Source: Nematocida ausubeli (lineage: Eukaryota). Taken from it: a stretch of DNA of 23,869 bases. The notes below the pieces were generated by a model that searched no databases, was not told where the DNA came from, and worked only from the letters and a program-made list of their open reading frames with translations. The stretch lies in the NCBI RefSeq assembly GCF_000738915.1, contig NW_026515636.1, forward strand, positions 124,001 through 147,869, read 5' to 3'. Shown here in pieces: positions 1 through 9,090 of the stretch. A program made the translations under genes and the position numbers. The first letter of the stretch is position 1, and each line of letters opens with the position of its first letter.

Positions 1-269
1 GCGACTATGCTCTTTCTAGGGGAAATGTCTCAACGATAATTTCTGGCAGACTAAAGAATATGATTTGTCATACACACATTGGGCAAATAACTGAGCTATT
101 AAAATGCATAATGGCATCAGACTACTGGACGCTTATAAGCGAAATTGTCCTATAGATGTGCAGAGCAAAAATAACATATTTATATAGATCAGTAGCTAGC
201 TCTTCTAGCATGATGCAAAGTAGTATTCTAAATCAGGTAAAAAGAAAATCTTTTTCTGTTTTATATTTA

Positions 270-2951
270 ATGAAACACCGGATAATTATGCACCTTCTAG
301 TGATGCATGGTATTTTCGCACGACTCAGCATTGAAAACATAATGAAAATCCACGAACTGCAGATAGATGGCGCCTCTGGGCTTACTATCAACCCGGACGG
401 CCCTCTTACCCCGCTGCGCGGCTACATTGGCTACCGTAATGGATACGTCTATAACAAACGATTTTTCTCCGCAGAAATAGAAACAAGCTACTCCATGGCA
501 AAGAAAAAAGTCCTCAGAGAGGGCACGGTAGACTATGAATTCACAAGAAAGCCTGTTGACGACGGAGTGTACAAAGACTTAGCTGAAAAGTCACCAACCG
601 GCAAGTATCTTAGCACATACCACTCCATGCTCATAAAGATGTTTCCGTCTGCTGATGGGAACTTTTCCATTGAGGCAGGAAGGCCAAATGCACTCACAAA
701 CTTCCTAAGAGCAGAGCACGTCAGAAAAGACACAAAGTACATTTTTGCCGCCCTGCTGCTTCTCTCAGAGGGGATTGACGTTAAAATAGCAGTAGACCCC
801 ACAGGAGAAAAAAATAGGCTTGTGATAAAGAGCAAGAAATGTGCCGAGAAGGTGTTTGTGGACGTAGAGATGCACATGGCAGGCATAGATCCATTTACTA
901 AAGAGCACAAGAAGGATATTTACCAAAGTGAAGTGACGGGAATTGTCAACTTCTTTCTGCAGTGCAGAGTCAATCCACTGCTAAAGAGAGGAGGCGAGTT
1001 TGCAGAGCCAGCCAGCATAGAAGAGTTTGAGAGCGGCAAATTTCTGAACAGTATAGGCTTCCTCATACAGACATACATATACGAGTTCATCGATACTGTG
1101 CAGGCGTACAAGGAATTTGTGCATGCCGTGCACGAGCTGCTGGTTGACCAAATGACCACAGAAAGTAGCAGCGGAAAAAAGAAGGGAAAGAAGGACCGGA
1201 TATTTGACAGGTTCTTTCTGCAAAAGGACTCCAATGGCGCAGAGATGAAATACATTAAGCCCTTTTACGAGCTCGCAAAGATCATGGATAAAGATATGAC
1301 ATTCCCCTTCTGTGACTCCAGTCAGCTGCCAGTGTACACTAAAATACCGCGGTATAAACTGGATAAGACTGGCTTTGAAGAAGAGGAGTCCCTAAGCTAC
1401 AGTGACTGTGTAGAGTCTGCCCTTCTTGGGCTATTCTGCTGTCTGGCGTATAACCCAGAGAAAAGAGAGTACCAAACAAGCCACATGGGAGATAAAATAA
1501 GCGATGAACTAAGGGACTTCTTTAAAAGCTATCCTGCGCCAGTGGAAGTTGTTGACCATGAAATGCACAAGCAATGGAGCAGGGTTGTTTCTTGCTTAAA
1601 GAACGACAAGATTGACTACAAGCACCCAAAAAATGAACTTCTCTCTGGAGCTGCAAATATATTTCTAGCAATTGCAGGAATAACTGGACAAGAAGATGAC
1701 ATACTAGATCTAGTTGAGAGTATAGAAAATGCGTGCAGGCTACAAAAGTTAGAGAACGAACATATAGATTATATCACAGATAAAATTCAGTTGATTATTA
1801 CATCGCTCTCTTATAACAAGAATGTAGTAGTGAGCTGCGGTAACATAGATTTTTGGATAAGATCAAGTGGCAAGGAAGATCTTTTCTTTCAAATCGATAT
1901 TATCTACGGATTTGACGATAAAAAGCATGGGATTTCTCTATATATAAACAGCGGGCATGCTTCTTTGAGAATTCTTCAGCTATCCTCTATACCTGCACAT
2001 ATTAAAAACAAGTATGAAGAAATTAGAAAAATATGTTGTAAAGAAGAGAACTACATGACATGCGCCATTGGTCAGTATATTGAGAGAAGCTTAGAAGAGT
2101 TAAAAAATTCAGATGCAGAAAACGAAAGTTATAATCTATCGAAATACAAGCAGATTTTAGATTTAGGGCATGAGAACATATCTAAGATATTCTTGCAGGG
2201 AAGGCTTACTGATATTGACTGCAAGTCCTTTATTATAAAGAACTTTATAATATACTCTGCAGACAAGAACTTAGGCTTAGATGACCCTGCAATACGCATT
2301 ACTGCTAATATTCTGGGGTCTGTCCCACTGAATGACCCTGCTACCCGACGTAAAATAATGCAAAGCTTTTATTTCCATCCAAACTGGCAGAATTACTATC
2401 CAAAGCTTGGGTTTGCACCATCAAAGTGCCTACCAGAGGCATACATGGATAGCAATGATTTATATAACACATATGTGGATATACTGGCGCGCCAATCAGC
2501 ATATCTCGCCAGCAAATGCATGTATACCTATTTAAGGGCACCTATAGCGGATGGCAGTACTCATTGTTTATTTAAAAGGCTATCCTTATATGCATATTTA
2601 TTTAATCATATAGCAGAGGAAGGCCAAATAGAATATCTGGAAAGTATTCAATATGCACTTGAAGAAACCAAGAAGCCCTTGGACGCTAAGGATCTTAACT
2701 ATATATATCTTGTCTGGTTTATTTCTGCATGCAATGAGTACGCAGACTATACAGAGTTGATTGAGAAAACATATGGATTTATACACATTGACAGTCTGTC
2801 TATGAATGAAAAAAAAGAGCTAAGAGCATACTACACAGAAAAAGTTGTTTATGTGCTAGAGAATAGAAAAAGAGTTTTCTGCTTTAAATACAACAGAACC
2901 AGTATGGAGAACTATGAAAAGGTGCTAAACTACTTTAAATCATTCCATTAG
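270..2951 (+). CDS. Large secreted-protein family member (Nematocida large-gene-family-1-like), copy A; ~893 aa from the probable start
   Basis: Uninterrupted ORF 156-2951. The in-frame ATG at 270 follows an AT-rich leader and gives a signal-peptide-like N-terminus (MKHRIIMHLLVMHGIFARL). Motifs INPDGPLTPLRGY, NKRFFSxEI, SDCVESALLGLFCCLAYNP and NILGSVPLNDPAT resemble, from memory, the expanded Nematocida protein family. A paralog is present at 22505-23869. The family name is recognition, not a search result. Confidence 0.85.
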   Translation: MKHRIIMHLLVMHGIFARLSIENIMKIHELQIDGASGLTINPDGPLTPLRGYIGYRNGYVYNKRFFSAEIETSYSMAKKKVLREGTVDYEFTRKPVDDGVYKDLAEKSPTGKYLSTYHSMLIKMFPSADGNFSIEAGRPNALTNFLRAEHVRKDTKYIFAALLLLSEGIDVKIAVDPTGEKNRLVIKSKKCAEKVFVDVEMHMAGIDPFTKEHKKDIYQSEVTGIVNFFLQCRVNPLLKRGGEFAEPASIEEFESGKFLNSIGFLIQTYIYEFIDTVQAYKEFVHAVHELLVDQMTTESSSGKKKGKKDRIFDRFFLQKDSNGAEMKYIKPFYELAKIMDKDMTFPFCDSSQLPVYTKIPRYKLDKTGFEEEESLSYSDCVESALLGLFCCLAYNPEKREYQTSHMGDKISDELRDFFKSYPAPVEVVDHEMHKQWSRVVSCLKNDKIDYKHPKNELLSGAANIFLAIAGITGQEDDILDLVESIENACRLQKLENEHIDYITDKIQLIITSLSYNKNVVVSCGNIDFWIRSSGKEDLFFQIDIIYGFDDKKHGISLYINSGHASLRILQLSSIPAHIKNKYEEIRKICCKEENYMTCAIGQYIERSLEELKNSDAENESYNLSKYKQILDLGHENISKIFLQGRLTDIDCKSFIIKNFIIYSADKNLGLDDPAIRITANILGSVPLNDPATRRKIMQSFYFHPNWQNYYPKLGFAPSKCLPEAYMDSNDLYNTYVDILARQSAYLASKCMYTYLRAPIADGSTHCLFKRLSLYAYLFNHIAEEGQIEYLESIQYALEETKKPLDAKDLNYIYLVWFISACNEYADYTELIEKTYGFIHIDSLSMNEKKELRAYYTEKVVYVLENRKRVFCFKYNRTSMENYEKVLNYFKSFH
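1596..2345 (+). repeat. Left arm of a >=750-bp inverted repeat (partner 23120-23869)
   Basis: TTAAAGAACGACAAG...AATGACCCTGCTACC at 1596-2345 is the reverse complement of 23120-23869. I found no mismatch by manual comparison, and the translated segments are identical. Confidence 0.95.
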
Positions 2952-3149
2952 AGTAGACCTAGAATATTTAGAATAAATAGACACGTAGCCTATATACAGA
3001 GTATTCTTTCTTAGAGAAAATGATTATTGGCATGATATGTATATCGTAGAGCCAGAAAAATTGCTTTTTGCTCTCAGGACAGAAAGCCACAATAGAATGT
3101 AGTTTTTATTCGTTATTTAAATAAGTAAAATATTTTCATCACAAAATTA

Positions 3150-5312
3150 ATGAAGCATATAAAGAGAGTGATCATTGCAAAAGTAGTTTTTTTTGCATTT
3201 GTGCTTCTAGCAGCATCTGTGCAGGCAGCAAATGGTATGTACAACTTATTATTATCAAAAGAATCTGAAGAGTGTTTGTACAAGTGCATTGAGCAAATAG
3301 ATTTCGAAATGCTCGAAAAAAGAGATCCCTGGCTGTACAATATTGTATGCGCAAATGAGGTAAATAATATATTTAGAGTGGCAGCAGCCATGAAGTACTG
3401 CAAGAATGAATCAATATGTCCACAGGCATTGGATAATATGAATGAAGAAGTATTATCCAATATAATCAATGAAAAGGGCTATGATGTGTTCTTGATTAAA
3501 CTTATTACTAGTCAAGCTATGGAGAATGTTGATGTAGAAAACCCAATCTACGGGTTTATGACAATTGATATAAAATTATCAGATAAACTTAAGGAGTTAA
3601 TTAACTCTGGATGTTTATACGAGTCATTCCAAGAAGTCTATATGCCTGTGTCTCTTAGTAAGACAACTGATTTTTTCATGCTACTGTACATGCACGTTGT
3701 ACTCAACACAGACATTATTCAGAATACTTTAGATAAAGAGCTCATGGATAGAAGTCTATACAACCTTGGCAAGCTAGTTGACACCATGAAAGAAGAAAAA
3801 CTAAGCTACATCTTGGAGTTTGGGTTTAAAAAATTTAACGAATATATTCAGCCAAATGACAACCCAAATAACAATAACAATCAAAACCTAGAAAAGATTA
3901 ATAGATATAAAGCAATTCACAGTGCACTGAACACTACGCCATATGAATACTCTAGCGTATACTTAAAACATGCTAATGATAGATTTTCATTAGATAAAAT
4001 ACTGAAAGATGACAGAATAGGCGCACAGCACTCTTATAACCTTCGATTCCTAGACTATTTGCATCCAATTGTAAGACTATCTTTATTGCACAACCTAGAG
4101 ATAAGAATAATAGAAAAAAACAGAAATTTAACCCATATATTTGATGCTGTGCATGACAAAAATAACTATGTAAGCAATGAGATAGAAGACACTACACCTC
4201 CTGAAAATCTAGATAAATTAATAATCCAGCTGGCTTCAGTTGATTACGAGACTGCCGCTGATATTATATCGTTAGATAATGCACTTCTTATCTCAGAGTG
4301 CAATGAGATATATGTGGAGGTATCTCAGGAAGACATAAAGTATCTTAAGCTTATTGTGGCGGGAATGCTGCCAGGCAAGATCATATACATTATCCACCCA
4401 AATGAGCCGATACTAACCAATCTAAAAACAGGGAAACAAGAGACAGTAGATGATATAATAGATCTATACGAGGCAAGAGAAATACCAACAAATAGGATAG
4501 TTGCACTTCCACAAAATTTTCATATAATAGGCCAACTGTTAATACTTCTAACGAATTACTCATATAAAGGCTATTTTGGGCCCTTGTTAGCAATTCTAAT
4601 ATCTTTAGTGGCATACATGAGGATGGTTTCTCTTGCTTTTAATGGTTTAGATACAAACTATATGTGGTTATATAGATTTATATCTGGTGTTTTCTTACTC
4701 GGATACATCGTAGATTGGGTGCCACTGCTTACCCAGACATCAGATGGGTTTAAGTACATTGTTATATGCAGAGTCTTATACGCTGTATTTGGGCTGGCTG
4801 CTGTGGCTGGATTATTATTTACCTTTAAGAAAAAGACATATGGCTCAAATACTGTTAAAATGCAAAATAGAAGAACCGCTGTTAAAAAAATCTTCTTATG
4901 CCTGTGCTGGTTACTTTGGACGCTAATTGTAGGAATACTCATATTTGGGTCACTTGACATGAAGACATGCCTTATTTACAGCAAACTATTTACAATCTTG
5001 GCAACATACATTTATATACTTTCCGCATGCCTGTCATATATAGATCGTGACATTTTAAATCGTCTAATTAGACCGAATTTCTTTATCCCTATTGACTTTA
5101 GACAAGAATGTATTCAATTCTTTAGAACAAGAATAATGACTGACACTTTTATCAATACTCTGATACTTAAAACCATGCTAGCTACTTTACTTGGATCAAT
5201 CGTGATATTTACTGTCTTTTTGATTTCAATTCCTACGCAAAATATTCAGCAACATTTACAATTTGTATTTTCTAGAAGTAGTAATTGTATTCCTGTTGAT
5301 ATGGTTCAATAA
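3150..5312 (+). CDS. Lineage-specific membrane protein: signal peptide, ~450-aa soluble domain, ~6-7 C-terminal TM helices
   Basis: 720-aa ORF. N-terminus MKHIKRVIIAKVVFFAFVLLAASVQA looks like a signal peptide with a VQA cleavage site. Several hydrophobic 20-aa segments follow residue ~460. There is a short Asn-rich tract (PNDNPNNNNNQN). No known domain recognised. Confidence 0.8.
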   Translation: MKHIKRVIIAKVVFFAFVLLAASVQAANGMYNLLLSKESEECLYKCIEQIDFEMLEKRDPWLYNIVCANEVNNIFRVAAAMKYCKNESICPQALDNMNEEVLSNIINEKGYDVFLIKLITSQAMENVDVENPIYGFMTIDIKLSDKLKELINSGCLYESFQEVYMPVSLSKTTDFFMLLYMHVVLNTDIIQNTLDKELMDRSLYNLGKLVDTMKEEKLSYILEFGFKKFNEYIQPNDNPNNNNNQNLEKINRYKAIHSALNTTPYEYSSVYLKHANDRFSLDKILKDDRIGAQHSYNLRFLDYLHPIVRLSLLHNLEIRIIEKNRNLTHIFDAVHDKNNYVSNEIEDTTPPENLDKLIIQLASVDYETAADIISLDNALLISECNEIYVEVSQEDIKYLKLIVAGMLPGKIIYIIHPNEPILTNLKTGKQETVDDIIDLYEAREIPTNRIVALPQNFHIIGQLLILLTNYSYKGYFGPLLAILISLVAYMRMVSLAFNGLDTNYMWLYRFISGVFLLGYIVDWVPLLTQTSDGFKYIVICRVLYAVFGLAAVAGLLFTFKKKTYGSNTVKMQNRRTAVKKIFLCLCWLLWTLIVGILIFGSLDMKTCLIYSKLFTILATYIYILSACLSYIDRDILNRLIRPNFFIPIDFRQECIQFFRTRIMTDTFINTLILKTMLATLLGSIVIFTVFLISIPTQNIQQHLQFVFSRSSNCIPVDMVQ

Positions 5313-5842
5313 TAATTAAATATATTCTTCTACATTTCAGCTGCTTAGTTTTTCAGTTTCTTTTCTCGTTTCCTTTGAAAGAGCGCAGCCAATGCTATAC
5401 CCAAATTTCTCTTTGGAAAACTAGTGCTTGCCGTATATTTACACCTCCCATTGCTTTTATATTAACTCACGTGCGTATGTGTGAACTAGTGGTGCAACTT
5501 ATTCTGCTATTTGTTTATTTGAAAGAATCCAGTATACCCCACATAAATACTATTTTTAAGAATTTAATAGACATTCAGGCCCACTCTAAAAATATAAAGA
5601 CCATAGGTGCTGCAGAACTAGAAAAGGCCATGGGCGCTGCCTGAATATTCAGGAAATTCTGCAAATGACACCCCAATGCAGGGTCAAATACTGGCTGCCT
5701 CTGGAAAGCATATTCACAAAGGCACCATTACTAAACTCTTTAAGATAATAATCATTCCGGACATATCAGAAGTGGATTCAATCAGTGATATAATATAGAA
5801 TATAGATACGTGAACTCGCATTTGTTGGTTATAGAACATTTA

Positions 5843-6730
5843 TTAAAGCGCACCTAGGTAGGTAAGGATGTATCGTGATGCTGTGGCATACGCACTCCTC
5901 CACTCCTCACTTCTCATTCCATCATATATTATTGAGGCTATTTTAAGAGGGCCTTCTAACTCTTCTTTGTTTTCTACATCTAAATTCTGGATGATCTTGA
6001 CTCTTTCCATAATTGTGTATGTGTCCATTAATAATCCAAGCAAGCCCACCATGTACTCCATTGTACCGGTAGTCTTTCTCTTCTCCGGTATATATAACAG
6101 ATCACAGTTATTCTCATGTATAAATATGCTATCCCTGTTGAGCACAGGATGATTGAGTGACATACTTATTGCTAATAGTTTATTCACAACTGTCAGCCTC
6201 TGTTTAACTGTCATTTTTTGGGTTATATCATAGATGGGCACTAGCTGATCTGATATCTGGAACAGGCCCTGCCGTATTTTAAGGGACTTATCCACTTCAG
6301 TCACTGCCTGTGCCATGCAGCTAGCATACCGTATTTTTTTGACAGCTGTGTTTGTAGTGATCGTATGAGTATCTTTGGAGTACACCTCCATAGGAATAAC
6401 CCCATCTTCTACATCCATTAAATACACTACTTTGATGAAGGACGGACATAATGACATGTAGCTGAGCATACTTTGTACTGGTAAAGGTTTATTTCTTACG
6501 ATAACTTTTGTTTTAGGAGCTGCCCCCTGCAGGAACCCTAAAGTCTCTAACGAAACTCTTTTAATCTCATCATGCTTTGCCTCTTTGGTGTTGTATGGCC
6601 GGATTGTCTCCGTCCATGTCTCTGGCGCGCGCCTTTTGCTGGTCTGTATTGTGTGTTCCTTCTGAAATGCCATTACTTTCTTCATACCCAAAAACAAAAG
6701 AAGAAATTTATAGCCCTTGGAATTTACCAA
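5843..6730 (-). CDS. Hypothetical protein, possibly with an N-terminal signal sequence
   Basis: 295-aa ORF with typical protein composition and a short hydrophobic N-terminal stretch (KFLLLFLGM). It is divergent from the helicase, 80 bp from the helicase's probable ATG. Confidence 0.7.
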   Translation of the reverse strand: MVNSKGYKFLLLFLGMKKVMAFQKEHTIQTSKRRAPETWTETIRPYNTKEAKHDEIKRVSLETLGFLQGAAPKTKVIVRNKPLPVQSMLSYMSLCPSFIKVVYLMDVEDGVIPMEVYSKDTHTITTNTAVKKIRYASCMAQAVTEVDKSLKIRQGLFQISDQLVPIYDITQKMTVKQRLTVVNKLLAISMSLNHPVLNRDSIFIHENNCDLLYIPEKRKTTGTMEYMVGLLGLLMDTYTIMERVKIIQNLDVENKEELEGPLKIASIIYDGMRSEEWRSAYATASRYILTYLGAL

Positions 6731-6810
6731 AATGGAAGATTTCCTTTTCTAGAAAATTATTTCTTCTGGAAATAATTATTTCATATACAGTGCAAATTTG
6801 TGCAAAGAAA

Positions 6811-9090
6811 ATGTCTGGAAAGAAAAAACAGAAGCTGCTTGAGAAATACTTGGAAAAGAAGCAGAGACAAAAAGAGCGAGATTCTTTGGTTGAGCAACTG
6901 AAAGTATTGCAAAGCAAGTCGCAGGAAATAAAGTCCTGCACTCTTACATCTTCCAGCCTGCTGGTGCGGCGCAAAAAAACAGTTGCAAAAACAGATAAAA
7001 AGACAGCAGCTGAGAAAGCAGAAGAGCCCAGCACTAAAGACCAAGCTGTCTCAACTGCAGAGCCAGTTACACCAGAGAGCGAGGACACAAAGATGTCCAT
7101 ATCTGACCTTCTGAAAACTGTCAGCAGTGAGCAGCTATGTGACGGAGTTATATGGAAAAAAGCGGAAAAAAGAAAACTTTTGTCTGACAGCGAAAATGAC
7201 GAGATCTCTCACACAGTGAAGCAGAGTAAGCCAGACGTGGCTGCGAAGCTTATAAAGACGAACAAGGTGCACTCAAAGAACAGAGAGATAGCAAGCACTC
7301 TTCCAATAACCCACATGGAAGACGAAATTGTCTCTTCCGTGAAGAACAACCACATCACAATCATTACAGGAGGAACAGGAACAGGGAAATCAACACAGGT
7401 ACCCCAGTTCTTATACGAGAATGGGCTGGCAGAGCACAAGAAGATATGTATTACGCAGCCAAGGCGAGTGTCAGCATATGCAGTTGCGAATAGAATATCC
7501 CAGGAGCAGAACCAGGGAATAGGAGGTGTCTGCGGGTACAGAATGCGATACGACACAAAGGCATGTGACTCCACAAAAATTCTTGTTCTAACAGAAGGGG
7601 TTCTGCTGCAGGAGCTATCAGATGACCCGTTCCTGTCAGAGTATTCTGTTATAGTTTTAGATGAAGTCCATGAAAGGTCTCTGCACCAGGACACAATACT
7701 TCTTGTTCTGTCTAAGCTGGTGGCTAAGACAAATATAAGGCTTGTGCTAATGAGCGCATCAATAACAGATGAATATGTGGCAGCAGTAGCAAGCATATCA
7801 GGCGCTAAAATAAACAAAGTGCAGATTGAAACCCAGATGCATAGCGTGGAGATACACCACCTTCCACTGCGGGCGTACAACTATCTGGATGAATTAAAAA
7901 GAAGAGTAGAGTCACTTGATGAAGAAGATGGATCTATCCTGGCATTTGTATCGACAAAGGAAGAGACAGAAAGAGTGCGGGAAGAGCTGCAGATGAACAA
8001 CAAAGAAGTATACTCTTTGCACAGTGATACGACAGAAGAGGCGCAGAAGCTAATCCTGGGCAGCTCTAATGTTGTCATAGTAGCAACAAATGTGGCAGAA
8101 ACCTCTCTGACTCTTCCAGACGTAAAGTACGTTATTGATGGAGGGCGAGAGGTGCAGAAGAAGTACAACTACAGTACAAACACGTATACGTACAGTACTG
8201 TGCTTATTTCAAAGGAAAGTGCCAATCAGCGAAGAGGCAGAACCGGAAGAGTTGGCAATGGAGTGTGCTATCGGGTGTACACTACAGTGGAATATGAAAA
8301 AATGGGCAGTAATAGAGAGCCTGAAATTGAGAGAGAGCGGGTGCTTCCAATGGTGTCTGCGCTTTTGAAGGCTGGAATGCGCCCAAGTAGAATCGCAAGG
8401 GTCCAATGCATCACTGCACCTCCACTCACCGCCATAGACACAGAGCTGGAGACTCTTAAAAGGCTTTCAATTGTAACAGAAGAAGAACTAACCTCATTTG
8501 GAAAGAAGTGCCTCTCCCTGCCTATTAGCCCTATGCTAGGCGCGGCCTTGTTGCAGGCGTACAGCAAGTCGCACAGCAATCTAGACTGCATGCTGAATAT
8601 CATTGTGTCCATTGAGACATACAATGCTAAGAAAGTGCACTACATCCCAAATTATATCCCAAATACTAAGACATATATTGAAACTCTTTCAAGGCCTGCA
8701 ACGCACACACAGAATAGAACAAAGCTTGCAAGGCACATTCTCAAAGCATTTAATAAGCTCCTTGAATGTGGAGAGAATAGCTCGTCCAACACTAGTGCTA
8801 TAGATGTAGATGCAACAGTGAAAAAAGCACTCAGCCAGAGCATTAATACTATTGATGCTGATATTGGAATAGCATGCGGAAAGATACTTGCATGGTGCTT
8901 TGCTTCTAATATTATCACCGCATACAAAGGAAAGTACTACTACATGGAAAAGGAAGTAAGAGTGCGCAGCCCTCTTCCTGAGATACTCTCAGATACTCCT
9001 GTCCCAATTGTGTGCCACTCTGTTGTACATCCTGACTTAGAGGACGCCCAGAAAATAGCTATGGTTTGCTCTGTTATCTCTGAATATTAA
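6811..9090 (+). CDS. DHR1: DEAH-box RNA helicase, DHR1/ECM16 (DHX37)-like, small-subunit processome
   Basis: Motifs I (GGTGTGKST), Ia (TQPRRVSA), II (LDEVHERS), III (MSAS), V (ATNVAETSLTLPDVKYVID) and VI (QRRGRTGR). The N-terminal KKKQKLLEKYLEKKQRQKERDSLVEQL resembles the Dhr1-type N-terminal helix. Probable start is the ATG at 6811, because the ORF-track start at 6577 would overlap the opposite-strand gene. Confidence 0.85.
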   Translation: MSGKKKQKLLEKYLEKKQRQKERDSLVEQLKVLQSKSQEIKSCTLTSSSLLVRRKKTVAKTDKKTAAEKAEEPSTKDQAVSTAEPVTPESEDTKMSISDLLKTVSSEQLCDGVIWKKAEKRKLLSDSENDEISHTVKQSKPDVAAKLIKTNKVHSKNREIASTLPITHMEDEIVSSVKNNHITIITGGTGTGKSTQVPQFLYENGLAEHKKICITQPRRVSAYAVANRISQEQNQGIGGVCGYRMRYDTKACDSTKILVLTEGVLLQELSDDPFLSEYSVIVLDEVHERSLHQDTILLVLSKLVAKTNIRLVLMSASITDEYVAAVASISGAKINKVQIETQMHSVEIHHLPLRAYNYLDELKRRVESLDEEDGSILAFVSTKEETERVREELQMNNKEVYSLHSDTTEEAQKLILGSSNVVIVATNVAETSLTLPDVKYVIDGGREVQKKYNYSTNTYTYSTVLISKESANQRRGRTGRVGNGVCYRVYTTVEYEKMGSNREPEIERERVLPMVSALLKAGMRPSRIARVQCITAPPLTAIDTELETLKRLSIVTEEELTSFGKKCLSLPISPMLGAALLQAYSKSHSNLDCMLNIIVSIETYNAKKVHYIPNYIPNTKTYIETLSRPATHTQNRTKLARHILKAFNKLLECGENSSSNTSAIDVDATVKKALSQSINTIDADIGIACGKILAWCFASNIITAYKGKYYYMEKEVRVRSPLPEILSDTPVPIVCHSVVHPDLEDAQKIAMVCSVISEY

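Noticed and set aside
156..269. N-terminal 38-codon extension of the 931-aa ORF
   Set aside because: AT-rich, promoter-like sequence; the signal-peptide-like N-terminus begins at ATG 270.
533..1255. Antisense ORFs 533-910, 920-1255 and 981-1223 (and similar shadow ORFs inside other genes)
   Set aside because: They lie wholly opposite well-supported CDSs, with Ser/Phe/Leu-rich composition typical of antisense shadows.
5375..5644. 89-aa ORF in the convergent spacer
   Set aside because: TTG start and no recognisable motif; not supportable as a gene.
6577..6810. 78-aa N-terminal extension of the helicase ORF
   Set aside because: It overlaps the opposite-strand gene, and the Dhr1-like sequence begins at Met 6811.
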